Assembly (NCBI RefSeq): GCF_001194135.2
Contig: NC_068999.1
Span: 51,333,909-51,397,908, forward strand
Length of the DNA stretch: 64,000 nt
Direction of reading: 5' to 3'
DNA from: Octopus bimaculoides
Lineage: Eukaryota
Position 1 is the stretch's first letter. Every line of letters begins with the position of its first letter. The translations under genes and the position numbers were made by a program. The notes below the pieces were generated by a model. It searched no databases and was not told the DNA's origin. It saw only the letters and a list, made by a program, of their open reading frames with translations. Of the stretch, positions 41,943-55,152 are shown one piece after another.

Positions 41943-43386
41943 NNNNNNNNNNNNNNNNNNNNNNNNNNNNNNNNNNNNNNNNNNNNNNNNNNNNNNNNNN
42001 NNNNNNNNNNNNNNNNNNNNNNNNNNNNNNNNNNNNNNNNNNNNNNNNNNNNNNNNNNNNNNNNNNNNNNNNNNNNNNNNNNNNNNNNNNNNNNNNNNNN
42101 NNNNNNNNNNNNNNNNNNNNNNNNNNNNNNNNNNNNNNNNNNNNNNNNNNNNNNNNNNNNNNNNNNNNNNNNNNNNNNNNNNNNNNNNNNNNNNNNNNNN
42201 NNNNNNNNNNNNNNNNNNNNNNNNNNNNNNNNNNNNNNNNNNNNNNNNNNNNNNNNNNNNNNNNNNNNNNNNNNNNNNNNNNNNNNNNNNNNNNNNNNNN
42301 NNNNNNNNNNNNNNNNNNNNNNNNNNNNNNNNNNNNNNNNNNNNNNNNNNNNNNNNNNNNNNNNNNNNNNNNNNNNNNNNNNNNNNNNNNNNNNNNNNNN
42401 NNNNNNNNNNNNNNNNNNNNNNNNNNNNNNNNNNNNNNNNNNNNNNNNNNNNNNNNNNNNNNNNNNNNNNNNNNNNNNNNNNNNNNNNNNNNNNNNNNNN
42501 NNNNNNNNNNNNNNNNNNNNNNNNNNNNNNNNNNNNNCGATAGAGTCAACGTGTATAAGTCCACGTGCACGGGTGTGTGAATGTATGCATATTACTGGCC
42601 GACTACTAAGTAAAGCTAAGGGATTTGAATAAATTCCAATAGTTAAGGTATCGACGGTTGTATATATATATATATATATATTTTTTTCAAAACGTTTTGT
42701 CAACTTTCCAGAACATAACTGCCAATAAATCGATGGCATTGCCAACCAATATATATCAAAGGTTAAACTTTGCTTCATATGCGTCTTTCTTTAGGCGAAA
42801 AAAAACTTATCAACAATGTTTTAATGAGATTATTAAGTGACTCCTGAATAATCCAGGAAGATTATCCTTAAGTCACAATAAAGCAGTCAAAATGTATTGT
42901 CTTTCGTTTTTTTGTTAGGTTATTTAATGATTTACGTTCTTAAAATTCAAGCAGGATATTTCAGCGTCAATTTATAGCCGTACGATACTAAATAATCAGC
43001 ATCTATCGTTTGAAATCAGCTTCCTTGGCTGCCAAATTGCCAACAAAACATTTGTATTTTTCAAAGATAACACAAAAGAAGCAAAAAGAAAAAATATAAC
43101 TTCAAGTCTTGATTAGCTTAATTATTTGTTGTCTTAGGTGTTTTATCAACATGTCCACATAAATCAATGATATATAAAAAACAAAAGATTAATAATTGTG
43201 TTTTTTAAACATTCGCCATCTCTTTATATATTTAGTTGACGAAAATGTTTTCAGTCGTGGTTGGATATATATGTTTCTGTACCATCATCCCCAGTGGCCA
43301 ATTAATTGATTCAGCTGTATACTTTCTGTCTCTTAACAATGTAAACTCTACTAGCTTATTCCTTCCGGTTTGAGAGGCTGTGCATA

Positions 43387-43387
<1 letters not shown>

Positions 43388-43457
<70 letters not shown>
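43388..43457. repeat. (AAT)n microsatellite
   Basis: Direct reading. Confidence 0.95.
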
Positions 43458-43459
<2 letters not shown>

Positions 43460-44328
43460 GGTAATAGTAATGNNNNNNNNNNGTAATGACTCTAGAATTT
43501 CAGGAAAGCTTGATCTATCCGTAACGTTAAGAATTTTTTTTTTTAATGTTTACAAGTATGTAAACTATGCATCATATACCACAGCAGCTGAGAATTTGTT
43601 GTTTACGGTAAATTGTGATAGAAAAAGAAACAAGAAGTACAAACGTATATTATGAGTATAATTACAAAGAAAGATACATGTAATATGTGGCTCTCGTAAC
43701 ATATTTAGATTGTAAGAAAAACATTTAAAGATGCATTTCAAAGAGACGACCATTGAAACAGTTACAGTCGTGTATAATAGAATAACCCTTAGTTCGAATG
43801 AATATCACAGCTATGCAAAGATAATTCGTTGCTATAGGTAACAGTTAACTAATTCCTTGGACGGAAAGTTTGGGAATCTTTCAGGAGTTGATTTTGTTCA
43901 ATCGTTGGAATAATGAATTACGGAGAATGTGATGATAATGATTGATGTTATTGGCTTTGATACGGTTTAGCACTTCAGCTATGATTGGGAAGATTTATAA
44001 TTATGATTCTGCGTCTAGAACCACATTATCAAATATAATATTTCATTAAGAAAGTAAAGTGCAAAATGAGGTAAATCTAACTGATATTTTTAGCAATTTG
44101 AACAGTCGCTTAGTATTACCAATATTAGTTCTAGGCATTAATAACAAGGATAGTGGTGTGGGAGGTATGTGTCTGATTGTGTGTGCGTGTGGTGTGATAA
44201 TAATCGCTAATTAGTGATAATGACGATAAAAAACGATGGTGATGATAATACCCGTGTACGTACACGTTATTCTGTATATGAATCATAACATTTAATTTTA
44301 CTTCAAATCATTTGTTTTCGTTTCCATT

Positions 44329-44438
44329 GGGTCATGAAAGTAATTGGTTATCAAAGAAAAGGGTCACAAGGCCATCGCGTCAGAACATTGGGTCAGAAGA
44401 GCGCTGGGTCAAATGTCAAAATTGATGACCTCTGACTT
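44329..44438. promoter_or_regulatory. Putative nuclear-receptor response element cluster (RGGTCA half-sites, two DR1-like elements)
   Basis: GGGTCA at 44329, 44361, 44390 and 44406; TGACCT at 44426. GGGTCA-A-ATGTCA (44406-44418) and TGACCT-C-TGACTT (44426-44438) are DR1-like. Confidence 0.4.
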
Positions 44439-44937
44439 ACTGCCTTTGAGAGCTTGTCGATATTTGCCCCGAGGTAACACACTTCTCATTGAGATCAATT
44501 TATATTTTCTACTATTTCCGTTTATATATTATTTAGGCTTTCGGTCATTAGTTTTATTTGATTATGTAAGCTATTAGTAACCTTAATGTATTAGATACAC
44601 TGACATCAAGGTAGTTTCTATTGATTATTAAACAGCAAGGCAATAAATATTAATTTCGTACAATGGTACGAAACTAATGTTTCTAAATGAGGCATACTTT
44701 CGATTTAACCGTCATCAGAAGAGTGATGATGCGTATCAATTATTCAACGAAAGCGCAGACGAAACGAGTAGAATTTGAACTTTGCGCATATATGAACAGA
44801 ATTTAATATTATTACGTATTCCGAATGACTCTATACATATTTTTTTCAAACATGGCACCTACTTCATTTAGAAAATATTTCACGAACGTTCGATTGGCAC
44901 AATTTTTAATGAAATTTTAATGCACGTCACTTACATC

Positions 44938-45014
<77 letters not shown>
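44938..45014. repeat. (GATA)n microsatellite
   Basis: Direct reading; similar tracts at ~21185-21252, 36252-36308 and 60862-60910. Confidence 0.95.
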
Positions 45015-45016
<2 letters not shown>

Positions 45017-45261
45017 CTCTGTCGCCTGGATTCGTGCACGAATAATTTAGTTGAGAATTATGATGAAAATATTTTATCCATCTCCTGCAAAATGCACATT
45101 GAAATTCTAAATAAAATGTTTTTTTTTCCTTCATCCTCACACGCGCTTCAACACCATACACGGCGTCAAAAATCAGCTGAAGCAATTGAATTGACTGTCA
45201 TAATTCATAGAAATTATGCAAGACAACGTAAAGCATTTGAGAGATCTTCTTCTTCTTCTTC

Positions 45262-45334
<73 letters not shown>

Positions 45335-46071
45335 CATTATCTTCTTTCTTTTGTAACTTTACTGTCGTTATGTTTTTCTATTTCATATCTTTGAAATNNN
45401 NNNNNNNNNNNNNNNNNNNNNNNNNNNNNNNNNNNNNNNNNNNNTTCGATATATTTGCGTGTATGTATGTATGTATGTATGTATGTATGTATGTATGTAT
45501 GTATGTATTATGTGAATGAGTGCTCATATTAAACATTGAAAAATTATATAATGTGTGTGTGTGCTCTTTGTTGTCTAGTAGAAATTACTGTATGTGTCTA
45601 TATCAATCTTTATATGTGTCCGTATATTTATGCATATACACTTATATGTTTCTTTCAGTGTCGTTATACGTTTTTTAAATACTTTCGCACAAGTATTTGT
45701 GTGCGATTTCTAGATGGAAAAAAAATCATAGACAGAAATCTTTCTTGTTTCGATTTCATTTTTTATTCCTTTCTTCAGTTGTTGAAACGAAAATAGCAGA
45801 CGCACCCATACACGCATAGACGCACACATAATTATGTGGACGCATAAATACACACGTTCATCCATATATCAAAAGTAAATATATAAACAAATATATACAT
45901 CTATAAAATGTTTTATTTTTTTTTTAATCTAATTTCGCCTTTTTTTATGAATTTTTTAAAGATTTGATCCTATAATTTATTTTAAATTCTTCACAAGAAA
46001 GAAGTTATTTAAATACACAAATACCACAACTATTATTTTTTCCGTTTCCGTTCGCTACAGCTGCTAAAGAC

Positions 46072-46127
46072 GGTGGTGGTGGTGGTGGTGGTGGTGGTGG
46101 TGGTGGTGGTGATGATGATGATGACGA

Positions 46128-46158
<31 letters not shown>

Positions 46159-46190
46159 ACTGACGGCCACGACGACGAAGACGACAATAA
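46072..46190. repeat. Compound (GGT)n(GAT)n(GAC)n trinucleotide repeat
   Basis: Direct reading. Confidence 0.9.
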
Positions 46191-47488
46191 TAAAACTGTG
46201 AAAACTAACTGCACCAAGTTTCGAAACATATGACAGCAGGGAATCGCCCCTTTCTAGGATGTATGACTGCAAAAACGAAACGTCGTGTGTAAGTGTAGTA
46301 AACTGGCCCGAAAGGGATACAAGTGAAGGCGCGAATATTGCGCGAGAAGTCATTCTTGCAAAGCAAAAACAAATATAGTACATTTGATCTTTCTATTATT
46401 TAAGCGGGATATTTCTCATTCATATCAATATGTATTTACCGTTCGTTGTGATCAGACAATGAGATCTGTGTTTGTGTACTTATTATCTAATACTCTTAAC
46501 TTCCGGTTTAACTGCGCCATTGTTATTTATACAGGAAAAGTCGCGAAATTGGAAGATACTGTTTCTAACATCGAGTTAATAATGGCACTCGTTAAAGACA
46601 GATATGTTTTATGTTAGTTTATTATAAGAATGAGTACGTTCTCAGCATATGTCACAGAACTTATTGTAATCTTTTATAGTTATTAAGTATGTAGTTATTT
46701 AGTCTGGATTGTTTAGAAAGACGATGGAGCTGAACATTGTCTGTTAGTGTAGTCTTTGAAATGACAACCACCAAAAGTTTTGAATATTTTCAATGCAAGA
46801 ACTTTTCCAACTCCTGAAACTGTTTAAAGCCCGTCTCAAATCAGATATGATAACGCTTTGGGGTTGATGGGATTTTTAACTTTTACAGTTTTTATTGTCG
46901 TTATGTATTCTTCTAAACAGCTATTGTTTTTATACTTAAGTTCGTTTGCAAAAATAAGTTTTCGAAACGTTTCTGTGGTCTTTTGGGTTTGTTTTTTTAA
47001 TGGATATCTTATCTATTTCTATGCTTAACTGTGATTTGAATCATAGAATTTCTTAACGCTGTTTTCCAAAAGCTTAGAACTGAGATAACAGTTTCTGCTA
47101 CCTAACTTTGCACCTTTTTAATATATTATTTAAAGAGGATATTTTTTGTTTTAAACGTTCAGGTGTTCGCCTTTATGGTTTTTTTCTGTATTTATTTAAA
47201 ATACGGAATGTATTTTTGTTAAACTTTCTCAAAAGTTTATCTACTTCATCTAGGTTTATTTTACTTGCTTTGCTACGTAATGTATCTGTTCTCTACTTTA
47301 ATTTACCCTTACACGTGTCAATTCTATGTTGGTGCTTACTATCCTTTCTAACGATACATTGTATACATCGATTACTCCATTGTATAAGAAAATGGTTACG
47401 AAATCGTTGAACAAAGTATTGCTTAATTATACGTATAAGAAATCATTTTATGCGGAAATATCAGCGAGCCATAATGACTTTATATATA

Positions 47489-47748
47489 CGAGGGACTGCT
47501 GAAAAATTCCTGGCTTTAAGAGTATTGCGAAAGGCCTAGTTGGAGGCCCAACCTTTCGTGTTCTTTTACTGGGCTTAGGAAAACAGAAGGACCGCTGTAA
47601 TAGGTGTGTAAATCTGTGACGGAAATATGTTTAATACAATCATAATTAAGTGATCTTCCAGTATTTTCTTTTACCCAAAACGAGAAACTTTTCAGCTTCT
47701 CTTCGTATTATACACAAGACTAGCTACGTTTAGTTTCAGCACCCCTCG
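47489..47748 (+). mobile_element. mariner-like MITE (internal deletion derivative)
   Basis: TA-CGAGGGACTGCTGAAAAATT ... TTTCAGCACCCCTCG-TA, with a second right-end-like motif AAACTTTTCAGCTTCTCTTCG-TA ending at 47705. The interior translates as DRCNRCVNL*RKYV, like the RW.KC...G.YVE C-terminus of mariner transposases. Confidence 0.7.
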
Positions 47749-48628
47749 TATAAGCAAAAGTTGAATGAGAAACAATGTTGTGGTGTTTTATTGGTCTGTC
47801 GAGGTATTAGAAATAGCATTCATATCACTGACAAATATCACACTCCTCTTACGAATGGAAAGTCACATTTGGATAAAGCAATTCATGATACAGTATTTTT
47901 AGAATTGAAAATAAGATAATAAGATAGAACGGTAATGCAGGGAGTGTTATTTTCATGAAACATCTATCAGCTCTGAACAGGAATGACCTGCAACTAAAGC
48001 TAAAAGAAGGAAAACACTGCTATCCAAATTACAACTAAATAGGGTGTCTAAATAATCACTCGACCTAATAGAAACTGCAGTCAAACCTACCTCAAATCAC
48101 ATTTGATTTTTTTTTTTAATAAGGTAAAAATGAATAATGTAGTTCGAGATAAGACTATGTCTTAAAAGAAGACTACAGTCACGGTTGGAACGCCTTTTGT
48201 TTACAAGCCAGCTGGATCAGAGTTGAACTGAACTCAAAGAAAATTAACAACACGATAGGGAAGGGTCGGGGTATCAATAAAATACTACACTCGATATATT
48301 TCTATTCGAGTTTTCATCACGCAAACCTTGGTCCTCTGTGTATTCAAACGAAACCTACATTAGACATTGATATTCGAATTGTTTACGTCAGAAACAAGCA
48401 GCTCGCAGGCTGAGTGAGAAAAATTGCCAAAATGAACCACGACTTTTCATTGTTGGCTTTATTTTCAAGTTCTAATAAAAAGCAAAGTCATGTGTTTGAT
48501 TGTTATTATCATTACAGTCTTTGTTGTTTTCTTCTTTTTTCTTTTTTCATAATGATGTTTCAGTTGTCGCTTACTGATATTGTTATCGTAGTTGCAATGC
48601 GCTAAAATGCTCTAAACATTTATTGATC

Positions 48629-48647
48629 CTACTACTACTACTACTAC

Positions 48648-48688
<41 letters not shown>

Positions 48689-48690
48689 TC
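48629..48690. repeat. (CTA)7-(TAG)n palindromic trinucleotide repeat
   Basis: Direct reading; central CTAG with no loop. Confidence 0.9.
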
Positions 48691-49468
48691 AGTTGAAAGG
48701 TGGTGGGTGGTAGAAGTAATAGTAGTTGTGTATCACGCCCTAACAAGATGTTTACGTGATCTCTCTTGTTTGGGCTTACAATACGTTGATTTGTTTTTCT
48801 AAAAGTTCGATGTTTATTTCAATGTCGTGTCTTGTAACCCTGTTGCAGAATGGGGTAAGCTGTTTGTATTTTCTATTTTTACCCCATTTGGTGAGGAGGA
48901 ATTTTTCGATGAAATTTTTATTATTATTTTGTGGTTGTTTTTTTTTTATATTCGATACGAGACAACCCCCCCCCCCTCAAATGAAACTTTGAAAATGAAC
49001 TCAACCATACCCAACACAAACATTGAAAAAATAGAAATTCAGAAACTATTCATCTTCACGGTGCATACTCTTCAGACATTTCTGCAGATAATAACTTAAG
49101 GGTAAACAACTTTAACGACACGTTGAACAATAAAAAAACAACAGCGATAAATATAGAATAGTCATTCACACATATTTTGCCAAGTGAAAATAATGTAACT
49201 AGCGTTAATATGCAATTGAAGAAATTTTGCTAACAGTGCAAGACACAAGAACAGTTTGGACATCGAAAGAATTCAGTAAAGAAAGGATGTGTGGTAGCGA
49301 TTTGTCCCAAGAGTGTGTATCTCCTTCCCTGAGAATTCATTGGAGAATGGCCAAGAAGAAATATAAGATACCTCTGCTTCTCAAAAATCCAGTGTCCATT
49401 CAGTATGCTTTCAAATGACCATTTAAAGGAACATGTTTGGTATGCTTCATTACTCGTGGCAGAATATA

Positions 49469-49841
49469 CAGGAGCCTCAGCCAGATTCTTAAGATTAAAT
49501 ACGAGGCTAAGTTTTTCATTTTTGTAACACAATATTGTCGAGTGTTGAGTACAGTGTTAACCAAAAAGTATGTAAATAGAAGGGGCGTATGGACACAAGC
49601 CAAACCAGGAGCCTCAGCCAGATTCTCAAGATTAAATACGAGGCTAAGTTACAGGGAGTTTTGTACGTTATTGTACAAAGGCTCATCATGAAATACAAGC
49701 GTCATAGTCATAGTCATGAATATTGAAATTAACACTGCCTCCTCGTCCGTTTTCATTTTTGTAATACAATATTGTAGAGTGTTGAGTACAATGTTAAGCA
49801 AAGAGTGTGTAAATTGAAGGGGCGTATGAACACAAGCCAAA
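49469..49841. repeat. Local duplication with A-B-A-C-B structure
   Basis: A (45 bp, CAGGAGCCTCAGCCAGATTC.AAGATTAAATACGAGGCTAAGTT) at 49469 and 49606. B (~91 bp, TTTCATTTTTGTAA.ACAATATTG...ACACAAGCCAAA) at 49514 and 49751. Confidence 0.9.
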
Positions 49842-50835
49842 ACAGTAATTCTGCTGCTATATCCTGTCATGGAGCAGAATCTGAATGATGAAGCTGAGGC
49901 TCAGGACAGAACTATCAATTACTACAAGTGTGATGTTAAGAGCAATTTGAGAGCTTGCTATTCTGATGAGTGTGACATGTAGAGGAGGACGACGGACTTT
50001 GTTATACCCAGTAACGACACGAGAAGATGTTGCTGGTTAACATACCAAAAGTACCAAAGTACAAAGCCTGTGTTACAAAAACGAAGACATTCGAAAATCG
50101 TTTTTTATTTATTTATTTTTCTCCTCGAGAGACGACTTCAACAACCAGACGATATTCCGTAGCAGAAATTTTATGAGATGATGTGAAGCAAACAGGAAAA
50201 CGAAAAAGAGGAAGATACAAAGGCGCAAAAACATTGTTGAAAGTGAGGAAGCTGAATGACGAGGTTATGTTGTCAATGTTCAGAAAGTGGGATTGGATTT
50301 GTGCAAGTCCTTTCCCCCCACTATAAAATAAATCATCATGCACAAGCATCACTTGAACAAAACAGTAAGACTTATCACAAAAATGGCTGGTCGTAAATTT
50401 CGCATGTATAGATCTTTCGATCAACCGATGGCAAAATTCGAACACGAGTTTGCAGCCATCATGTACGTATGTATGCATGCAGGTATGCATGTTTGTATGT
50501 ATGTACGTACGTACGTACGTATGTATGTATGGCTGTTTGATGGGTTTAATAATATTACTATAGTTATTAGTATTGTTATTGTTGGTCATAATGTCGATAA
50601 GGAGGAGGAGGAGGAGGAGGAGGAGGAGGGAAATAGAGATAAGGTCGACAACGACGCCTGTTACTGCCATTGTTGCTATTGTTTCCCACCGTTTCTTCGT
50701 TCCCTTTCTTAACCTACTTATCAATCTTATATTGATTGTATTCAGAATTCATTCATGTTAGCGATATGCTAATTAAATTTGTTCAGTTGAACCTGATTGA
50801 CAAGGTGTATATACATACACAAACACACACACACA

Positions 50836-50883
<48 letters not shown>

Positions 50884-51247
50884 NNNNNNNNNNNNNNNNN
50901 NNNNNNNNNNNNNNNNNNNNNNNNNGCATGTGGTTCGTCTTTGTTCGTGAGCTTCAGCCCGTGTATGTGTGTAATGTGTTTGTCTGATTCGGTTCTGTTA
51001 ATATGATAAGTCGATAGACATATTTATTCTTTTCGTGGAAAATAACCTGCATTGATTGACAAATTCTTGCAAAGATCAAAGATATCTTAGAACTAAAACT
51101 CCAAAAGTATCTTTGATATTGTTTGTTTGTTTCTTTACTTTTCTTTTCCTTTCTTTACTATTTTATCTTACTTTCGACTTTATTGTATTTTTTTTCCGAC
51201 ATAGTACCTCTCTGTGTGGCTTGAACAATTTTCGATGTAGGCGTCTT

Positions 51248-51249
<2 letters not shown>

Positions 51250-51293
<44 letters not shown>

Positions 51294-51379
51294 CATCAAC
51301 ATCAGCTTCAGTATCATCATCATCTCCTTCTATCACCCTCCTCCTCCTCCTCCTCCTCCTCCTCATCATCATCATCATC

Positions 51380-51423
<44 letters not shown>

Positions 51424-51462
51424 CATTATTGTCATCATCATCATCATTATTATTATTATTAT
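51250..51462. repeat. Compound trinucleotide repeat (ATT/ATC/CTC)
   Basis: Direct reading; similar arrays at ~56230-56445, 57780-57960 and 62590-62870. Confidence 0.9.
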
Positions 51463-52221
51463 CGTCGTTCTTCTGGTCGTTGTTTTTCGTTATTGTTTTG
51501 CTCGTCATGGCCATGGTCATGGTTCTGTCGGTAATTTTGGCGAGGGTGATGCTCTTACTATATTCTTAACATAATTCTATTGCTTACTCTTTTTTTTTTT
51601 TGCCATGTGTATTGCTTTCTTTTGTTACCTTTCGTTTCTCTTCCTCTCATACATTCATATTAGGACATTACAATAAAAAGAAACATGAACAGTCACAAAA
51701 CAATAAGCACGGAAATGTCGCCAAAAAATGCTTGAAAATAGCAGAAAAAAAAACAGAATACAAAAACCTAAATTAGACGCTTTTAGACGAGCATCGCATG
51801 AATTTTTCATAAAGGAATCCCACTTGGTGTTCTAACGGATTATCGAACATACGTTACTTACTGTACATGATAAGGCTTATATTAAGAATTCACATTGTAC
51901 GATGAAATCGAAATAGTAAGCAGACGATGATTACAAAGACAAAAAAAGAATAATGGAGATAAATCAATGAGAAACAAAAAGGCTAAGGTCTTAAACGTGA
52001 AACGGCATTAGTAATTGATGGCAAGAATTTGGGACAAGAGAAGTGCAACGCACATCTATGTAGGGTTGTAAACTGGCCAATACATTGTCTGACAAAGACT
52101 AGTAGTCCGAAAGCTGGAAGTCAGTGTCATCCGTCTATTTCTAAAATTTTAATAATCATATAGTCTAAATGAGTAATTATTCAGTTAAGTGTTAAATTAT
52201 TATATATACTTCGATTCGTAG

Positions 52222-52370
52222 GTCTTTACGTTCCAAGTCCGCCGAGGTCGACATTGCTTTTCATTCTTCCGGGGTCGATAAAGTAAGTATTAGTTGAACA
52301 CTGTGGATGATGTAATCGACTATTCCTCTCCTCCAAATTGTCAGGCCTTGTGTCCATAGTAGGAAGGATT
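52222..52370 (+). mobile_element. SINE family A, 5'-truncated
   Basis: GTCTTTACGTTCCAAGTCCGCCGAGGTCGACATTGCTTTCATTCTTCCGGGGTCGATAAAGTAAGTATTAG...GGCCTTGTGTCCATAG. Confidence 0.8.
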
Positions 52371-52423
52371 ATATATATCTCGATATAAAGAACAAATATT
52401 ACAATATATATATACATACATAC

Positions 52424-52456
<33 letters not shown>

Positions 52457-52836
52457 NNNNNNNNNNNNNNNNNNNNNNNNNNNNNNNNNNNNNNNNNNNN
52501 NNNNNNNNNNNNNNNNNNNNNNNNNNNNNNNNNNNNNNNNNNNNNNNNNNNNNNNNNNNNNNNNNNNNNNNNNNNNNNNNNNNNNNNNNNNNNNNNNNNN
52601 NNNNNNNNNNNNNNNNNNNNNNNNNNNNNNNNNNNNNNNNNNNNNNNNNNNNNNNNNNNNNNNNNNNNNNNNNNNNNNNNNNNNNNNNNNNNNNNNNNNN
52701 ATATATATGCATGTCTCGCCTGCCTGTTTTTGCTCCGCTGAATCATTCTTTGAGAATTTTTTAAGTGATCTCTTTCTAGCTCATTAACAGTCCACTTTAG
52801 TGCTCTCTTTTATATACACATGTACTATATATGTGC

Positions 52837-52881
<45 letters not shown>

Positions 52882-53270
52882 CGTTTGTATGTATGTATTC
52901 TGCTTAATCGTGTATTTGTGTGTTCGTGTTTGCATGTGTGTGTATTTTCGCATATGTGTGCGTGTGTATACCTTTGTCTTCTTGAGTGTGCATATCTGAG
53001 TGTGTCTGTGTATACGTTTTTTTTTTGTGATTATGTACGCGCGTCTGTCAATGTATGGACATGTGTCTCTATAAGTGCCCTTGTGTGAAGTGTTCGTGTG
53101 TGTACATAGCCATGTGTTTCAGTCTTCATTTGCATATGTATGTGTGTATGTGTGCGTGTCTGTTTATATTACTTATGTACTTATCTATCTGTATGCGTAT
53201 CTGTTTACATTCATATCTATTTACCTACATATATATATACATATACAGATAAATATACGTATATACATAT

Positions 53271-53315
<45 letters not shown>

Positions 53316-53369
53316 ATATATATAAACACACACACACACAGAGGTTGATATAGATATCATGGACTCTCC

Positions 53370-53800
53370 TGGGTTTAGATTCCTGGACAAACATATAAGT
53401 TCATAGGATATGTTATAAGGACTAAAGATTTCAAGTTAGAACACAAAGCGTGTGGAAAGCAGAAAGTCAGCCTTAAACGGACATACTAAAATTTGAGACA
53501 ATGCTCAATGGATCCAAAAGTTTCATCGACGGGCCGTTTCGGAGACGTGTCAGTTAATATGACATGAATTTCATATTTTAAAAGAACCAGACACTCCCCT
53601 CATCAGGATGCTCCACAACACGAAAGACACCATGAAGACAATACGAAAATGGACAACTCACATAATCACTGGAACGTGATTATGTTCCTAATTGACTGAG
53701 CTCTTCGCTACTTCCATCAACTGGTCCAGTCACTAGGGATCACGCCTTCCTGAATAACTTGGTTAACTACACAGGTGACTAAATTGCATCCAACTCAACC
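53370..53800 (+). mobile_element. Degenerate RTE-like LINE fragment (RT C-terminal region)
   Basis: YKFIGYVIRTKDFKL...K loosely matches the FKYLGS.I...KD...RKA.AW pattern of RTE ORFs. Heavily decayed. Confidence 0.4.
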
Positions 53801-53989
53801 AGATATATTAAGCATCTTGTCAGTGGCACCTGGTGGACCAGGAGCCCTCCCTGTCTTCATATCTCTATCTATGATGCTGTTGTCAACTAATATATATATG
53901 TAATACAAAACCACTTATTTTAACTAAATGCTCTTCATTTTATTAATACCTTTCAGATAGCTGATTTACAATAGTGCTCACGCACTATT

Positions 53990-54750
53990 TTTTAAGCTCC
54001 CTTCAATATATTCTTCAAAATTTAAAATTCCACTCTTTCCTCTTTACAGTGTATACTGATTCTACTAAAAGCAATTTTAGAGTAAAAAGAAATTCTATAT
54101 ATTTTCATTGCTTTCCGAGTTTAACTTAGATATAAAGATATAATTTTTACCTTCAAGAATATCTCTATATAAAGCTTACTTCCTGTGAGTTTCCGTTATC
54201 TTATGTAGCTCCGTTTTATTTAAAGCTTCTGCATTAACCTCTTTCATGACTATCTTACCTAACGTATTTCATTAGTTTCCATCTGTATCTTCTCTTATTC
54301 TATTAAACCTGCACTAAATGATTGTTATGTTTGCACTTAAGTTTCTATTTGATCACCATTTTTGAGAGCGGTTTTAAGTGATCCATAAATAGCTGACTTA
54401 CTTAATGCTGCTTACTTTTCGTAATATATCCTACATGCTACCATTTTCAGCAGCAACGTAAAACACTTCACGAATATCACAGAAATCAAATGAGACAGGC
54501 TATTACACTGAAAATTTTCCTGTATTGATCTGAATACTTCATACTTCTTCACCAGGAGAAGATAATTTCTTTTTTTCTACATTTACTTATACTCACTGTA
54601 CAATCAATTTTCTCTGCTCCTTATATACAAACATTCTATCTCCCAAAAAGTAAGAAGTCATGCTCTAGACCTATATTATAATCTCTGTGCACCATGGAGA
54701 GGTTTGTATGTCGATTCCCAAAATCCTTTGCTGTTCGCTTATCATCTTTA
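53990..54750 (-). mobile_element. R4/Dong-type reverse transcriptase remnant
   Basis: Minus strand gives IQINTG..FQCNSLSHLISVIFV (compare I.TGIFQGDSLSPLLFVI) and, in another frame, QLFMDHLKPLSK (compare HLLFMDDLKLY). Confidence 0.65.
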
Positions 54751-55003
54751 CTGTTCTGTTACAAATAAAGCATGGCCATAAACCAATATATGTGTGTATA
54801 CACATATATATTTGTGTGTATGTTTGTGTGTATACATGAGTGTGCGCGCGCGCGTGTGTGTGTGTACGTATCTATTTGTGTATGCATGTATCAAGTACAG
54901 TATAGAATTTAAGGGCTTTTATAAAACCTATTATCCCGCTAAGCCTTCTTGCTATATTATTAACGTTTTCTGTTACTACTTGTAGATCAGTCACGAAAAC
55001 ATA

Positions 55004-55042
<39 letters not shown>

Positions 55043-55094
55043 CACGCGTACACATACACAGATATATATATATATATATATACAAACCACGCAC

Positions 55095-55152
<58 letters not shown>

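Noticed and set aside
46208-46264. Minus-strand 57-nt exon candidate (SYILERGDSLLSYVSKLGA)
   Set aside because: Good acceptor but a modest donor, no homology, and no compatible neighbouring exons.
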